A DNA stretch of 64,000 bases from the NCBI RefSeq assembly GCF_001194135.2, contig NC_068982.1, positions 48,809,694 to 48,873,693 on the forward strand, read 5' to 3'. Both the position numbers and the translations under genes were made by a program. Origin of the DNA: Octopus bimaculoides. Lineage: Eukaryota. The notes beneath the pieces are model-generated. The model saw only the letters and a list, made by a program, of their open reading frames with translations, had not been told where the DNA came from and ran no database searches. Positions within the stretch are counted from its first letter, which is position 1. The number at the start of each line of letters is the position of its first letter. Positions 62,144 through 64,000 of the stretch are shown piece after piece.

Positions 62144-64000
62144 ATACCGCGAAGCAGTTCGACTGGCGTGCTAACGTTTATTTTTTCTTTATTGCCAACA
62201 AGGGGCTAAACATAGAGGGGACAAACATGAACAGACAAAGGGATTAAGTCGATTAGATCGACCCCAGTGTGTAACTGGTATTTATTTAATCGACCCCGAA
62301 AGTATGAAAGGCAAAGTCGACTTCGGTGGAATTTGAACTCAGAACGTAACGGCAGACGAAATAAGGCTATGCATTTTGCCCGGTGTGCTAACGTTTCTGC
62401 CAGCTCGCCGCCTTGACAGATGATGCTGACTATAATGCGATTGCACGCACGCGCATATACAATACATGTGGTAACTGACAGAATAAAGAGAAGAAATATG
62501 AAAAGTAAACGAAATTTAAAATCAAACCATTGAAGAAACAATGTTTTTATTCAGTTCGAGTGCCGGCAAGCAGTTTAATATTTGGAAGCTGCACTGAATT
62601 TTAATGTTAACTAAAAGCGTTGCCTTAAAAAATTCTTAGTAAATGAAAATGTAAATGCATTTGTTGTGAAAATGTAACCGCGAAACAAATTCCATAGTAA
62701 AGGTCTTCTCACGTTTTAGTATAAACGAACGTGTCAAATGAAATAGCACACATCTACATTTAACTCAACGCTGCTTAGATTGCCTCTAGTTAAATAAAAT
62801 TGCATACTGATGGTTAAATGATATTTTCATTATGTGTGTGTGTTTCTGTTCGCGCGTGCATAAAAATGAAAGATTGTGTACACACACATACATATGTATA
62901 TATATATATACACTTACATACATATATGTAATTATATATATAATTATATACACTTATATACATATATATATATATAATTATATATATATATATATATATA
63001 TNNNNNNNNNNNNNNNNNNNNNNNNNNNNNNNNNNNNNNNNNNNNNNNNNNNNNNNNNNNNNNNNNNNNNNNNNNNNNNNNNNNNNNNNNNNNNNNNNNN
63101 NNNNNNNNNNNNNNNNNNNNNNNNNNNNNNNNNNNNNNNNNNNNNNNNNNNNNNNNNNNNNNNNNNNNNNNNNNNNNNNNNNNNNNNNNNNNNNNNNNNN
63201 NNNNNNNNNNNNNNNNNNNNNNNNNNNNNNNNNNNNNNNNNNNNNNNNNNNNNNNNNNNNNNNNNNNNNNNNNNNNNNNNNNNNNNNNNNNNNNNNNNNN
63301 NNNNNNNNNNNNNNNNNNNNNNNNNNNNNNNNNNNNNNNNNNNNNNNNNNNNNNNNNNNNNNNNNNNNNNNNNNNNNNNNNNNNNNNNNNNNNNNNNNNN
63401 NNNNNNNNNNNNNNNNNNNNNNNNNNNNNNNNNNNNNNNNNNNNNNNNNNNNNNNNNNNNNNNNNNNNNNNNNNNNNNNNNNNNNNNNNNNNNNNNNNNN
63501 NNNTTTCTGTAAACAACTACGATCAATTACTGAAACACATATTTACGAAGTTCATAAATTTAAATATTCTGTACAAGATAGTTTTTAACGTGCTTTTATT
63601 TATACGATTTTTGGGCGTTCCATGTTCATCTCATTCATTCTTTGCATTGCTCTCTCTCTCTCATTCACACACTCCAGGTTTGATTTCGTTCCGAACTCGC
63701 ACACTTCGTTAATTTCCGTAAATAAATTTTCTATTATTTTTTTTTTTTTTTGGCACGCCGTGTTCAGCTCTATGTATTCGTAGTGAGTCACACACGCACA
63801 TGTGTGTGAGTGAAGGGGTGTGTTGTGCTGTCTACGTACATACATAAATACATATGCATACATCTTTTCTGTGTGTATATCTGCACGTGTGTGTGAGAGA
63901 GACAGACAGACAGAGAGATGTTTCAGTGACTCTCTCTCTCACACATACGTACAAGAAATGTATGACTATTTATGTATGTACGTATAATTGTCGACACACC

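Larger units (their letters stand above)
60365..62415 (-). mobile_element. Head-to-tail SINE A array containing ORF1-only element copy 2
   Basis: Old SINE A at 60365-60470, short-tail host at 60480-60646 plus 62144-62178, long-tail SINE A at about 62180-62415. Confidence 0.75.

Overview
AT-rich, microsatellite-dense eukaryotic scaffold with about 11 N-gaps. The repeat families suggest a cephalopod, probably an octopus (inference from the tRNA-derived SINE types). No host protein-coding gene, rRNA, tRNA gene or CRISPR array can be supported. Almost all listed ORFs are microsatellite or gap artefacts, or transposon remnants. The window is a stack of mobile elements: three recurring tRNA-headed SINE families (my labels A, B and E), fragments of Tx1/L1-, RTE- and CRE-like LINEs, Penelope-like repeats with hammerhead-ribozyme cores, mariner/maT and hAT DNA transposons, MITEs, a Helitron and a probable solo LTR. 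The main observation is a candidate multi-tier retrotransposon system. A ~1.6-kb ORF1-only element (RRM-like regions plus CCHC knuckle, no ORF2) occurs twice, both times at the same nucleotide inside the tRNA-like head of SINE A. It shares a 3' stem-loop/AATAAAG tail with one subtype of SINE A and with a Tx1-like LINE 3' end in this window. Five of the six non-autonomous insertions carrying this tail lie inside tRNA-derived SINE heads. All family assignments come from motifs read by eye; no database search was run.
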